Below are positions 39,171-47,351 of a stretch of 64,000 bases of DNA, piece after piece. The position numbers were made by a program, and so were the translations under genes. Under the pieces are notes generated by a model. That model searched no databases and was not told the origin of the DNA. It saw only the letters and a list, made by a program, of their open reading frames with translations. Positions within the stretch are counted from its first letter, which is position 1. Every line of letters begins with the position of its first letter. The stretch comes from an uncultured virus (IMG/VR IMGVR_UViG_3300013621_000001) (Duplodnaviria; Heunggongvirae; Uroviricota; Caudoviricetes), in the IMG/VR virus record IMGVR_UViG_3300013621_000001. One strand, 5' to 3'.

Positions 39171-39464
39171 TTACTCATTGAGCCCGCCTCGAGCGAACAA
39201 GGCGCGCAGTACCGCGGCGGCACGCGTAAATAGTCCGGCCGGCCGGACTTTCGTCAACGGCCGGGAGCGGCCTGCCTTGATCGCCGCCAGTGTCGCCGCG
39301 GCCCAGCGCGCCGTGGCTTCCGCCTGAGCGCGCCAAACTGTGAGCTCATCGACCTGGCGCTGCAGGTCCCGGACCTGATTGCGCAGCGCGCGCAGCTCAC
39401 GGATTTCACGCCCGTGGCCTTGGCCCTCCGCTTCGCGAGGATTGCTGAGGTGTCGACGGGCCAT
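39171..39464 (-). CDS. Hypothetical coiled-coil protein, 97 aa
   Basis: GGAG RBS within the 20-bp repeat; early-right operon. Confidence 0.55.
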   Translation of the reverse strand: MARRHLSNPREAEGQGHGREIRELRALRNQVRDLQRQVDELTVWRAQAEATARWAAATLAAIKAGRSRPLTKVRPAGLFTRAAAVLRALFARGGLNE

Positions 39465-39890
39465 CAGGCTGTCTCCAGGCCGAGCGCAGGGATGGCGTCT
39501 GCCGCCGGGTAGGATGGGAGGTGCGACCCAACCCAACCACCACCGGAGGCAGACATGACGGACAGCCGCGCACAGGAGCGCCTGCTGATGTTGATGCTCG
39601 GGGCACTGGATGCCCACAAGTGTGCGATCGAGGCAATCATCGCTTCGCACCCCAGACCAGACGTGCTACGCGGCATATGGCACCAATCAAAACCGGAATG
39701 GATCGATGACTCCGAGCGCAAGAACGTGTTCCGCAGCAAGGACTTTCAGGAAGGCTTCGTGAACGCGCTGGGTGCTTTTTCGCAGTCGATTGACCAGTCG
39801 GAAGCGATATCCCGGCCCGGTGGCCCAGAAGCGCCGAGTAAGCCGTGACCTGCTGATCTGTGATCGGGTCGGCCATCAGGCTGTCTCCAG
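39459..39890. repeat. 20-bp direct repeats flanking a one-gene cassette
   Basis: GGCCATCAGGCTGTCTCCAG at 39459-39478 and 39871-39890. Confidence 0.9.
39555..39848 (+). CDS. Counter-oriented hypothetical protein, 97 aa
   Basis: GGAGG RBS; lies inside the direct repeats. Confidence 0.65.
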   Translation: MTDSRAQERLLMLMLGALDAHKCAIEAIIASHPRPDVLRGIWHQSKPEWIDDSERKNVFRSKDFQEGFVNALGAFSQSIDQSEAISRPGGPEAPSKP

Positions 39891-40196
39891 CGGGACGATG
39901 CGGCCGGCGTCCACATCGCCGCTCGGTTCGGCGCGCCGTTCCATAACTGGATCCATAACCGGATCCGCCTGCGCCACCACTTCGGCCAGGCCGCCCCGCT
40001 CCAGGCCTTCGAAGGCATTCAGCGCCTCGATCAGCTGCTGCAGGCTGGCAATCGTCGGGTTCGTGATCTGCCCGTGCGCCAGCTTCGTCAGCCACGAATA
40101 GCCGATGTCCGGGCTCTGCCGGGCGATCTCGGCGTACTTCCCTTCATGCGCACGCAGGCGCACCACGGTTTGATGCAAGAGGGTATCGGCGTCCAT
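39876..40196 (-). CDS. cro: Cro-like HTH repressor, 106 aa
   Basis: YAEIARQSPDIGYSWLTKLAHGQITNP HTH; divergent from cI. Confidence 0.75.
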   Translation of the reverse strand: MDADTLLHQTVVRLRAHEGKYAEIARQSPDIGYSWLTKLAHGQITNPTIASLQQLIEALNAFEGLERGGLAEVVAQADPVMDPVMERRAEPSGDVDAGRIVPLETA

Positions 40197-40202
40197 GACC
40201 CC

Positions 40203-40267
40203 AACCTATCATTCTAATGCTAGGCAATCAAGCATCGAAGAGCGTTCAGCCATCACTAGCATGGTAG
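40203..40267. promoter_or_regulatory. oR switch: pR (TTGATT-17-TAGGTT, minus strand) and operators
   Basis: CTATCA-N6-TGCTAG at 40206-40223 and CCATCA-N6-TGGTAG at 40250-40267. Confidence 0.65.
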
Positions 40268-40269
40268 GT

Positions 40270-40659
40270 ATGGCTAAACGTCCCTCGAGTGCAGATGTCA
40301 TCGCCGCCAACGTGCGCCGATTGATGAAGCACCTGAACCTCTCGCAGGCCGAGCTCGGCCGCAAAGCCGGGGTTGCGCAAACTCTCCTGTCGGGGCTCCT
40401 GAGCCCGGACGGCGCCTCCAAGAACCCGACATCTTCGACCGTCGACAAGCTTGCCGACGCTTTCAAAATCACCCCTTGGAAGCTGCTGGTTCAGGACATC
40501 ACGCTGGACAACCTCTTGGACGAGGAAATCGAGCGCCTAGTGGACGCTTTCGCCACCGTGCCAGCAGAGGGGCGCCGAACAATTCTGCGGGTGGCGGATG
40601 CTGAAGTCCGCTATGCCCAGGTTCCCGCGACCGTTCCGATCAAGAACACTGGGACATGA
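40270..40659 (+). CDS. cI: CI-like XRE repressor without S24 peptidase domain, ~129 aa
   Basis: LSQAELGRKAGVAQTLLSGL...NPT..TVDKLADAF; alternative start 40261. Confidence 0.8.
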   Translation: MAKRPSSADVIAANVRRLMKHLNLSQAELGRKAGVAQTLLSGLLSPDGASKNPTSSTVDKLADAFKITPWKLLVQDITLDNLLDEEIERLVDAFATVPAEGRRTILRVADAEVRYAQVPATVPIKNTGT

Positions 40660-40665
40660 GCAGCC

Positions 40666-41010
40666 ATGGGAATACTCGACTTTCTTGGCAGTGCAGCGGG
40701 CGTTGTGACAATGCAGACGGGCGCGGATGTGTTCATCCATCGTCATACACGCGTGGTGACCTTCAACCTTCCATCCCATTGGCGTGACCACGCCAACAAG
40801 CTCGTCAAAGAACGCTTTCAACAGCAGCTCGTTCAGTCCGAATTTGATGCGGCACTGCTGAAACTTGCAGTGTTCTGGACCTGCGCTATGCAAAGTGACC
40901 GAGTCCGCGCCGAGCACTTCGCCGACGCCATGTTTGACCTACGCACCGCAGCAGGCGGCCAGATCACGCCCGGTCTGTCCCTCGAAGTGATGCGGCTGAC
41001 CAACCACTAA
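40666..41010 (+). CDS. Immunity-region hypothetical protein, 114 aa
   Basis: Begins 6 nt after cI on the same strand. Confidence 0.65.
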   Translation: MGILDFLGSAAGVVTMQTGADVFIHRHTRVVTFNLPSHWRDHANKLVKERFQQQLVQSEFDAALLKLAVFWTCAMQSDRVRAEHFADAMFDLRTAAGGQITPGLSLEVMRLTNH

Positions 41011-41050
41011 AGCTCGATCAATCAGCTGCTTAGCATCACATCACATCAAT

Positions 41051-41099
41051 CTATCATTTTAGTGCTTGACTGACGAATGATCTATCACTATGTTGCTAG
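41051..41099 (+). promoter_or_regulatory. pL-like sigma70 promoter with two operators
   Basis: TTGACT(41066)-17bp-TATGTT(41089); CTATCA-N6-TGCTTG at 41051 and CTATCA-N6-TGCTAG at 41082. Confidence 0.75.
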
Positions 41100-41126
41100 C
41101 CATCCCAAGCACGGATGGTTGAGCAC

Positions 41127-41615
41127 ATGTCTGCACTGTCTTCGTCGCTGTACCTGGCACTGGGGGCTCTCGGGGCCACCGGCCTTGGCGCACTCTTCTC
41201 CCCATCGTCCCCTTCCACAGACGAACCCGGCCAGGCCGTCCGGGCACCAGCTGCACTGGTGATCACCAGCCCGCGCATCTGCGCGGCGCTGGAGGTCTAT
41301 ACCCTGGCCAGCGAGAACGACTGGGGCCTGCGCACCACCATTGCCCAGGCGGTGCTCAACGGCTTCAACGACACCGGCCGTGTGCCGGACTGCGCCGCCG
41401 GCGTGTCCGCCGCGCTGGCCAAGGACTTCTCTCCCTACCGCTGGCAGCTTGCGCTCGATGCCGTCGACGCAGTTGTCGCCGGCACCTACTCCGTTTCCCC
41501 TGACGCCTGCGCCCGGGCCAACACCGTCGTCCCCCTGTCGACGGAAGCCACCTCCCCCGTGGTGGCCCGGGCGCGGTGCGTCATCTATGACTTGGCCTTC
41601 GTGGAGGTGCACTGA
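41127..41615 (+). CDS. Membrane-anchored protein resembling a degenerate SleB/Hydrolase_2 cell-wall hydrolase, 162 aa
   Basis: TM followed by CAALEVYTLASE...IAQAVLN, similar to the family pattern CLA..IY.EARGE...VA.V.LNR. Confidence 0.55.
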   Translation: MSALSSSLYLALGALGATGLGALFSPSSPSTDEPGQAVRAPAALVITSPRICAALEVYTLASENDWGLRTTIAQAVLNGFNDTGRVPDCAAGVSAALAKDFSPYRWQLALDAVDAVVAGTYSVSPDACARANTVVPLSTEATSPVVARARCVIYDLAFVEVH

Positions 41616-42046
41616 TGGCCGCCACCGAACGTCGCTGCCGGGTCTGCGGCTGCACTGACCTGCAGGCTTGCCCCGGCGGTTGCTCCTGGGCCGGGGCCGA
41701 CCTTTGCAGCAGCTGCGCCGCAGCTGCAGGCCCTAGCGCCGAAAGCGCCATGGCGGTCGTCGCGCGCCAGCGCCTGCTGATCGCCGGCAAGGCCATCAAG
41801 CTGAGCCGCACCGAGGCCGTCGTGATGAAGGCCTTGGTCGCGGCTCCCGATCGCCTCGTGGAGATCGATGCGCTGCATGCGGCGATGTACCCGGACAGCA
41901 AGCCGCCGTCGCGCGAGTCCAACGTCCTTCAGGTGCTGGTCTCGCGCGTGCGCCGCAAGCTCGCTGCCGCTGGCCACAAGCACGCCATCGAGACGATCCG
42001 CCTGCGCGGCTACCGCTTCGTGATGCCCCAGGGCGGTGCTGCATGA
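41615..42046 (+). CDS. Zinc-finger plus OmpR-type winged-helix protein, 143 aa
   Basis: CRVCGCT...CPGGCSW...LCSSC and SNVLQVLVSRVRRKL...IETIRLRGYR. Confidence 0.8.
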   Translation: MAATERRCRVCGCTDLQACPGGCSWAGADLCSSCAAAAGPSAESAMAVVARQRLLIAGKAIKLSRTEAVVMKALVAAPDRLVEIDALHAAMYPDSKPPSRESNVLQVLVSRVRRKLAAAGHKHAIETIRLRGYRFVMPQGGAA

Positions 42047-42336
42047 GCGCCGTGGTCAAATTCACTGGCCGTTGTTTTGGCGCCAATCTCAGCCTCGTCC
42101 GAGAGTCTTACGGCGACTGGAACATGTCGCTCTACACCTTCGTCGGCAAGGACAGGAAGCACCGCGGGATTGCCTTCGCAAACGCTGCCCCCGGCCAGAT
42201 GCCGCGAGTGGATGCGGCGGACGACGACAGCCCTGCAGGCCTCTGGGTCGGGTCGGCGTGCTTCGAGGTACCGGAGACCCTTGTTCCGAAGCTGCAGGCC
42301 TTCCTCGCCGAACACGCCCAAGGCGGTGCCGCATGA
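42043..42336 (+). CDS. Hypothetical protein, 97 aa
   Basis: ATGA overlaps; ends in GGAA like its neighbour. Confidence 0.6.
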   Translation: MSAVVKFTGRCFGANLSLVRESYGDWNMSLYTFVGKDRKHRGIAFANAAPGQMPRVDAADDDSPAGLWVGSACFEVPETLVPKLQAFLAEHAQGGAA

Positions 42337-42461
42337 GGACGGAAGAGATCATTGCCGAGGCCACCGCCGTGCTGTTCCGGCGAGTCCTGGCCATCGGCGG
42401 CGCGGCGGGCTTCGTGCTGGGTGTCGTGGCAACGCTTGGATCCCGGGCGGTGCTGTCATGA
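42333..42461 (+). CDS. Small membrane peptide, 42 aa
   Basis: ATGA overlaps on both sides; single TM. Confidence 0.5.
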   Translation: MRTEEIIAEATAVLFRRVLAIGGAAGFVLGVVATLGSRAVLS

Positions 42462-42706
42462 ACTCGGTGACCATGACCGTCGACGCGGAGATCGACCTCG
42501 ATGATCTGGTCGGGAATCTGGGCTCCGCCAGCAAGGACTACCTTGCCCGCCTCCTGAAGGTTGAAGGCGAGACCGCGCGCGCCCCTGACGGCCGCACCTT
42601 CGAGCAGATCATCGAAGCCGCCTTCTACGAGGCGCGCGCCATGTCCCCCGTGCCGCCGGCACTGGCCGACCTGCTGTGGGTAGTGCACGGGAGGGCGATG
42701 TCATGA
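42458..42706 (+). CDS. Hypothetical protein, 82 aa
   Basis: ATGA overlaps. Confidence 0.6.
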   Translation: MNSVTMTVDAEIDLDDLVGNLGSASKDYLARLLKVEGETARAPDGRTFEQIIEAAFYEARAMSPVPPALADLLWVVHGRAMS

Positions 42707-42966
42707 CTGCAGACCTGCACCTGCTGGGCCACGGCGTCGACGCAATCCTGCAGCACGACCTGGACCGCATGCCGCCGGCGATCACTGCCGCAGCGCGCGT
42801 GCAGCGCTACCAGCGCGCGGTTTCCATCGCACCGCCGGACCAGTGGCGCGCGCTGCGGATCCGCTTCGGCTCGATCTTCCAGATCGCCTGGAGCGCGGGG
42901 ATGAAGCCCGACCTGGCCACCTGGGCGCGGAAGTTCCAGCGCATTGCCGAGGCCTGCAAACCGTGA
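42703..42966 (+). CDS. Hypothetical protein, 87 aa
   Basis: ATGA/GTGA overlaps. Confidence 0.55.
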   Translation: MTADLHLLGHGVDAILQHDLDRMPPAITAAARVQRYQRAVSIAPPDQWRALRIRFGSIFQIAWSAGMKPDLATWARKFQRIAEACKP

Positions 42967-43121
42967 GGCTCTTCCACGTCCACATCCCGGGCGTGGTGAG
43001 ACCGCACAGCGTCATCGCAGAAGCCGAGCAGGCGGCGATCGACGACGCGCTCTACACCCTGGGCCTTTCCGAGCTGCCCGAAGGCAGCAGCGTCACTTCT
43101 GAACAGACCGGAGACACCTGA
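42963..43121 (+). CDS. Hypothetical protein, 52 aa
   Basis: GTGA and TGATG coupling. Confidence 0.5.
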   Translation: MRLFHVHIPGVVRPHSVIAEAEQAAIDDALYTLGLSELPEGSSVTSEQTGDT

Positions 43122-44023
43122 TGTTCTTCCGCAACCTCACGATGTTCACCTATCCGCAGCTGCAGATGTTCGACTGGCAGGACGGCCTGCAGGCGAGCGC
43201 CCTGAAGCCGGTAGGCCCGCTGGAAATGTGCTCCGCCGGCTTCATTTCGCCATTCGGCCGCGAAGAGAAGGAGCTGCTGTCGCACGAGATCGGCCGCTGC
43301 GTGTGGATGGCCATCGGCGCCGAAGACAAGATCCTGCCGCCGGCCGTGGTCAGCAACCTGCTCGAGCTCAAGCTGCTGGAGATCGAAGAACGAGAGGGGC
43401 GCCGCCCCGGCGGCCGCGAGCGGAAGCGCATCAAGGACGATCTGCTGCACGAGCTGCTGCCGCGGGCCTTCATCCGCCCTACCCGCACGGATCTCTACCT
43501 GGACCACCAGCGCGGTGTCGTGTTCGTCGACACCAGCAGCCGCAAGACCGGCGAGAACGCCATGAGCCAGTTGCGCAACGTGGTCGGTAGCTTCCCCGCC
43601 CTGCCCTTGAATGCCGAGGTCTCGCCGCGGGCGATTCTGACCGGCTGGGTTGCCGGTGAGCCCCTGCCCGAAGGCCTCAGCCTGGGCGAGGAATGCGAAC
43701 TGCGCGACCCGGTCGAAGGCGGCGCCATCGTCCGCTGCCAGCACCACGAGCTGCGCTGCGACGAGGTCGACCTGCACCTGGAGACCGGCAAGCAGGTCAC
43801 CAAGCTCGCCCTGGTGCTGGAGGACCACCTCTCCTTCGTCCTCGGTGACGACCTGATTGTCCGAAAGCTCCGCTTCCTGGACGGCGCCGTGGAGCAGCTG
43901 CAGCACGGGGACGAAGACGGCCGGCGCGCCGAGCTCGATGCCCGCTTCGCTCTGCAGATCGCCGAGGTCGGCCGGCTGTACGACCTGGTCCGCGAGCAAT
44001 TCCGCCTCACCACCTACGCATGA
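43121..44023 (+). CDS. rdgC: Recombination-associated protein RdgC, 300 aa
   Basis: MFFRNL, EDKILP..VV, LLPRAF, HL..GKQVTKLAL and LSFVL.DDL..RKLRF motifs. Confidence 0.92.
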   Translation: MFFRNLTMFTYPQLQMFDWQDGLQASALKPVGPLEMCSAGFISPFGREEKELLSHEIGRCVWMAIGAEDKILPPAVVSNLLELKLLEIEEREGRRPGGRERKRIKDDLLHELLPRAFIRPTRTDLYLDHQRGVVFVDTSSRKTGENAMSQLRNVVGSFPALPLNAEVSPRAILTGWVAGEPLPEGLSLGEECELRDPVEGGAIVRCQHHELRCDEVDLHLETGKQVTKLALVLEDHLSFVLGDDLIVRKLRFLDGAVEQLQHGDEDGRRAELDARFALQIAEVGRLYDLVREQFRLTTYA

Positions 44024-44030
44024 GGTCCCT

Positions 44031-44276
44031 ATGCACCTGCATCTTCTGAGCAATGGCCGCTTGTCCCTCGACGTCCTGCTGACCGCCCTGCTGGCCCAGC
44101 CGAAGCGTGCTACCCGTCCCGTCCCTGTACGTCGCATGCCGGCACGCCACCGCACCACCTGGGCACCAGCTGGCGGCGGCCGGGCCGAGTGTGCTCGCCG
44201 CCTGCGCCAGATCGAAGCCGGCACCTTGACCATTGCCGGCGGCCTGGTCGCGACCTACAAGGGCGATCACCCGTGA
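44031..44276 (+). CDS. Hypothetical protein, 81 aa
   Basis: GAGG RBS; ECARRLRQI..G.L motif. Confidence 0.6.
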   Translation: MHLHLLSNGRLSLDVLLTALLAQPKRATRPVPVRRMPARHRTTWAPAGGGRAECARRLRQIEAGTLTIAGGLVATYKGDHP

Positions 44277-44989
44277 GCCGCGTGCGCGCTTTTATCTGCG
44301 CCCTGTTCGGCTGCGCGCGAGACTGGCCGGATATGGAGTCGTGCGGCCGCTGCGGCAGCTACATGGATCTGCAGGCGGCGCCGCGCACCATTGGCCGCCG
44401 CGTGCTCGATCGCGTTGCCACCGCACTGATTCAGCGCGGCGCACGCACCCCCTACTTTCACCTGGTCAACGCCGATGGCACGCCGTACATTGACCGCTTC
44501 TGGCTGCTGCGCATCGGCCGCGCCGGCGTCGACGACCGTGGCCAGCTCCGGCCCTGGTTGGCCCTGCGCCTACACCACATCCGCAGCAGCGACCACGGCG
44601 GCATCTTCCATGATCACCCCTGGTCATTCTTCAGTCTGATCCTGCGGGGCGGGTACTTCGAGCACCGGCCCTTCGACGGGCCGCTGCCGGCGGTACCGGA
44701 CGCGGTGCCGTCGGCGATCGCCGAGGAACCGTATTCGTCGACCTGGTACGGCGCTGGCCAGCTGCTGTTCCGCCGTGCTGAGGGCTGGCATCGGATCGCC
44801 CTTGCCGAGGATCTGCAGGCTGAAGGCACTTGGACGCTTGTGCTGACGCTGCCGCCGCGCGCCCACAGCTGGGGCTTCCGCATCCGCGGTCAGAAGGTCG
44901 AGCACCGCGCGTACTTCCGGAAGGAAGCTGTCCGGCAGCGCGCGCGGCAGCAGATCCATGTCCCGAACAGCTCGGATTGGACCCCGTGA
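44273..44989 (+). CDS. Cupin-like protein with N-terminal Cys motif, 238 aa
   Basis: LHHI..SD....HDHPW.F.SLIL.GGY.E and HRI motifs. Confidence 0.65.
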   Translation: MSRVRAFICALFGCARDWPDMESCGRCGSYMDLQAAPRTIGRRVLDRVATALIQRGARTPYFHLVNADGTPYIDRFWLLRIGRAGVDDRGQLRPWLALRLHHIRSSDHGGIFHDHPWSFFSLILRGGYFEHRPFDGPLPAVPDAVPSAIAEEPYSSTWYGAGQLLFRRAEGWHRIALAEDLQAEGTWTLVLTLPPRAHSWGFRIRGQKVEHRAYFRKEAVRQRARQQIHVPNSSDWTP

Positions 44990-44992
44990 GCC

Positions 44993-45715
44993 ATGGTGCG
45001 CAAGTCACACCCCAACGCGCGCCGGCCATGGACCGCCGACGAGGACGAGACGCTGCGACTCAACTGGCCGCGGTTCCCCGCCTTCCTGATCGCGCACGTC
45101 CTCGAACGGCCCACGGCCGCGGTGTACCGGCGAGCAGCGGCTCTGGGCCTGCAGAAGGCCGACGACTTCCACACCCAGCCGCTGGCCGCGCTCTGGAACG
45201 GGACACAGGAGCCGGGCTCGATTGCCTCGCGCTTCAAACCCGGCACCACACCGCCGAACAAGGGACTGCGCAGGCCGGGCTGGCACGCCGGCCGAATGCG
45301 GGAAACCCAGTTCAAGAAGGGGCGGCCGGCCCGCGAGGCGCGCAACTACGTGCCGATCGGGACCGAGAAGGTCGATCCGAAACGGAAGGTGCTGATGCGC
45401 AAGGTCACAGACGACCCAGCCCTGTTCCCGGTCAATCGTTGGCGACCGGTGCACGTGATGGTCTGGGAGGCGGCAAACGGCCCGGTACCGGAGGGAAACA
45501 TCGTGGTGTTCCGGCCGGGCCTGAAGTCGCTGGTCGCCGCAGAGATCACTGCTGATCGCCTCGAGACCGTGACCCTCGCCGAGAACATGCGGCGCAACAG
45601 CTACCACAACCGGTTCCCTCCGGAACTGAAAGAACTGGTCCACCTGAAGGCGCGAATCACCCGCCGGGTCAGGCGGCGAATCAAGGAGCAAGAAGATGAA
45701 GAACAAGGTCAGTGA
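44993..45715 (+). CDS. HNH-like endonuclease family protein, 240 aa
   Basis: RF.PG..P.NKG, H..VWE..NGPVP and LE.VT.AENMRRN motifs. Confidence 0.75.
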   Translation: MVRKSHPNARRPWTADEDETLRLNWPRFPAFLIAHVLERPTAAVYRRAAALGLQKADDFHTQPLAALWNGTQEPGSIASRFKPGTTPPNKGLRRPGWHAGRMRETQFKKGRPAREARNYVPIGTEKVDPKRKVLMRKVTDDPALFPVNRWRPVHVMVWEAANGPVPEGNIVVFRPGLKSLVAAEITADRLETVTLAENMRRNSYHNRFPPELKELVHLKARITRRVRRRIKEQEDEEQGQ

Positions 45716-45953
45716 TGTCCGCGACCACCTGGTGGCCATGCTCGAACGCCTGGGCGACGACGATCTGAACGCCGAGCAGATGGGCCAGGTCATCGAGCGC
45801 GCCAAGGCCACCACCATCGTGGCCACCACCTACATCGGCGCGGTGAAGGTGGAGCTCGACGCGATCCGGTTGGCGCACGAAACCGGGAACCTGACGGCCG
45901 CAGTTGCCGAGCCGCAGCAGATCCCCTCGCTGCCTGTCGGCCAGAGGCGCTGA
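45696..45953 (+). CDS. Hypothetical protein, 85 aa
   Basis: MKNK..D.RDHL...LE.L motif; AAGGAG RBS. Confidence 0.7.
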   Translation: MKNKVSDVRDHLVAMLERLGDDDLNAEQMGQVIERAKATTIVATTYIGAVKVELDAIRLAHETGNLTAAVAEPQQIPSLPVGQRR

Positions 45954-45955
45954 CC

Positions 45956-46183
45956 ATGGCAAAGAAACTCCTGTCCTTGCACGTCAAGGGCAAGCACAAA
46001 TCCTGGAGCTTCGAGTTCATGGGCGACCCCAAGCACATCCCCGACTGGGAGGCGGATGGCCTGGAGGTGTGGGAGGTCTGCAACGTCGTCCCCGCATGGA
46101 TTGCTGACCTCGGCCTTACTCGACCCTGGGTCTTTCTCCAGGACGTCTTCAACTTCAAGAACCCTTGGGGTCGCAATGGCTGA
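45956..46183 (+). CDS. Hypothetical protein, 75 aa
   Basis: Operon packing; GAGG RBS. Confidence 0.6.
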   Translation: MAKKLLSLHVKGKHKSWSFEFMGDPKHIPDWEADGLEVWEVCNVVPAWIADLGLTRPWVFLQDVFNFKNPWGRNG

Positions 46184-46415
46184 CCGCAAACGCAACTTCG
46201 CGCTCGAGCAGCGCCTGCGCTTCATCGACTTCCTGCTGGACCACTACGGCCGGCTCAACCGCGGCGCCCTCGTGGACTACTTCGGCATCAGCGTGCCGCA
46301 GGCAAGCATTGACATCCGAACCTACCAGGAGCACGCAGGCGCCGAGCAGATGCGGTACGACCTTTCTGAGAGGTGCTACCTGGCTGAGAAGGGGTTCAAA
46401 CGATGCTGGCCATGA
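46176..46415 (+). CDS. Stand-alone winged HTH resembling the N-terminal DNA-binding domain of CapW/BrxR WYL regulators, 79 aa
   Basis: EQRLRFIDFLLDHYGRLNRGALVDYFGISVPQASIDIRTY...MRYDLSERCY; overlaps both neighbours. Confidence 0.72.
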   Translation: MADRKRNFALEQRLRFIDFLLDHYGRLNRGALVDYFGISVPQASIDIRTYQEHAGAEQMRYDLSERCYLAEKGFKRCWP

Positions 46416-46624
46416 CCTCGAACCATCTGCGAACGGTACCCCTGACCAAGAAGTCCCAGGTATCGGACGTGCTACACGCCGGCGGCCGCATCGTCGCTGG
46501 CCACCGGCCTGGCCTGCTGCAGTTGCTCGACGCCGAGGGCCGCCCAGTCCCTGCCTGGCAAACCGCCCTGAAGGCCGCTCAGCTCTCGGCCGCACCCTCC
46601 GGAGATCCGCATGAACCGCAGTGA
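46412..46624 (+). CDS. Hypothetical protein, 70 aa
   Basis: ATGA overlap. Confidence 0.55.
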   Translation: MTSNHLRTVPLTKKSQVSDVLHAGGRIVAGHRPGLLQLLDAEGRPVPAWQTALKAAQLSAAPSGDPHEPQ

Positions 46625-47351
46625 CGTCCTCCCCCGTTTCCTCGCCGATACGGCCACCCACGAGCTACGGATCGTAGTCGACGACGGCGTGCACCGCCAC
46701 CTGCAGCTCCGGCGCCCAGGCACCTACTGCTACGGTTTCGACATCGTGACCTGGCCCGGGCACCTGGCGATCTCCGGCGACATGGGCACTGCCGTTTTCA
46801 GCCGCCTGCACGACATGTTCGAGTTCTTCCGTGCCAAGCCCGCCGAGCACGAAAAGGCCGGCGGCCTGTTCGTGAACGATGGCTACTGGGCAGAGAAGTG
46901 CGTGGCCAACGACGGCGAGAAGAAGGAATTCAGCGCGGCACTCTTCCGCGCGCTGGTGACCCGCCTGTTCAAAGAGCACGTTGAGGAACGTGTGGACCCC
47001 GACGATCTGGCGGATCCGGACACGTCGACGCCGGAGTGGGTGGCCAGGTTGTGGCAGGAGCTCGAGGTCGAAGTGCTGAACGACTCGGAGGATCACGACG
47101 CCCTGTGCAACGCGATCAAGGCGATGTCGGACTTCGCGCCGAGCGACCCCGACTACAGCGACTTTCGCATCACTGACGCCTGGGAATACGCATCCTCGCT
47201 GCAGCAGTACACCTTCCACTTCCTCTGGCGCCTGTACGCGATCGCCCGCGCGATCCGTGCCTACGACGATGCCGCCGACACTGCCGAGCCGACAGGACTG
47301 CCAGGCGACATTGCTGCGCCGGCGCCGCTGGCGGAGGTTGCCCATGCGTGA
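46611..47351 (+). CDS. Conserved phage hypothetical protein, 246 aa
   Basis: DDG..RHL...FDIVTWPG.L.ISGDMG...DMFEFFR...YWAEK. Confidence 0.75.
   Translation: MNRSDVLPRFLADTATHELRIVVDDGVHRHLQLRRPGTYCYGFDIVTWPGHLAISGDMGTAVFSRLHDMFEFFRAKPAEHEKAGGLFVNDGYWAEKCVANDGEKKEFSAALFRALVTRLFKEHVEERVDPDDLADPDTSTPEWVARLWQELEVEVLNDSEDHDALCNAIKAMSDFAPSDPDYSDFRITDAWEYASSLQQYTFHFLWRLYAIARAIRAYDDAADTAEPTGLPGDIAAPAPLAEVAHA

Noticed and set aside
38720..39178. Minus-strand ORF MSNGYQ as a full 152-aa gene
   Set aside because: The first ~55 codons may be real (coupled start), but the rest is antisense to the better-supported 38620-39015 gene; left uncalled
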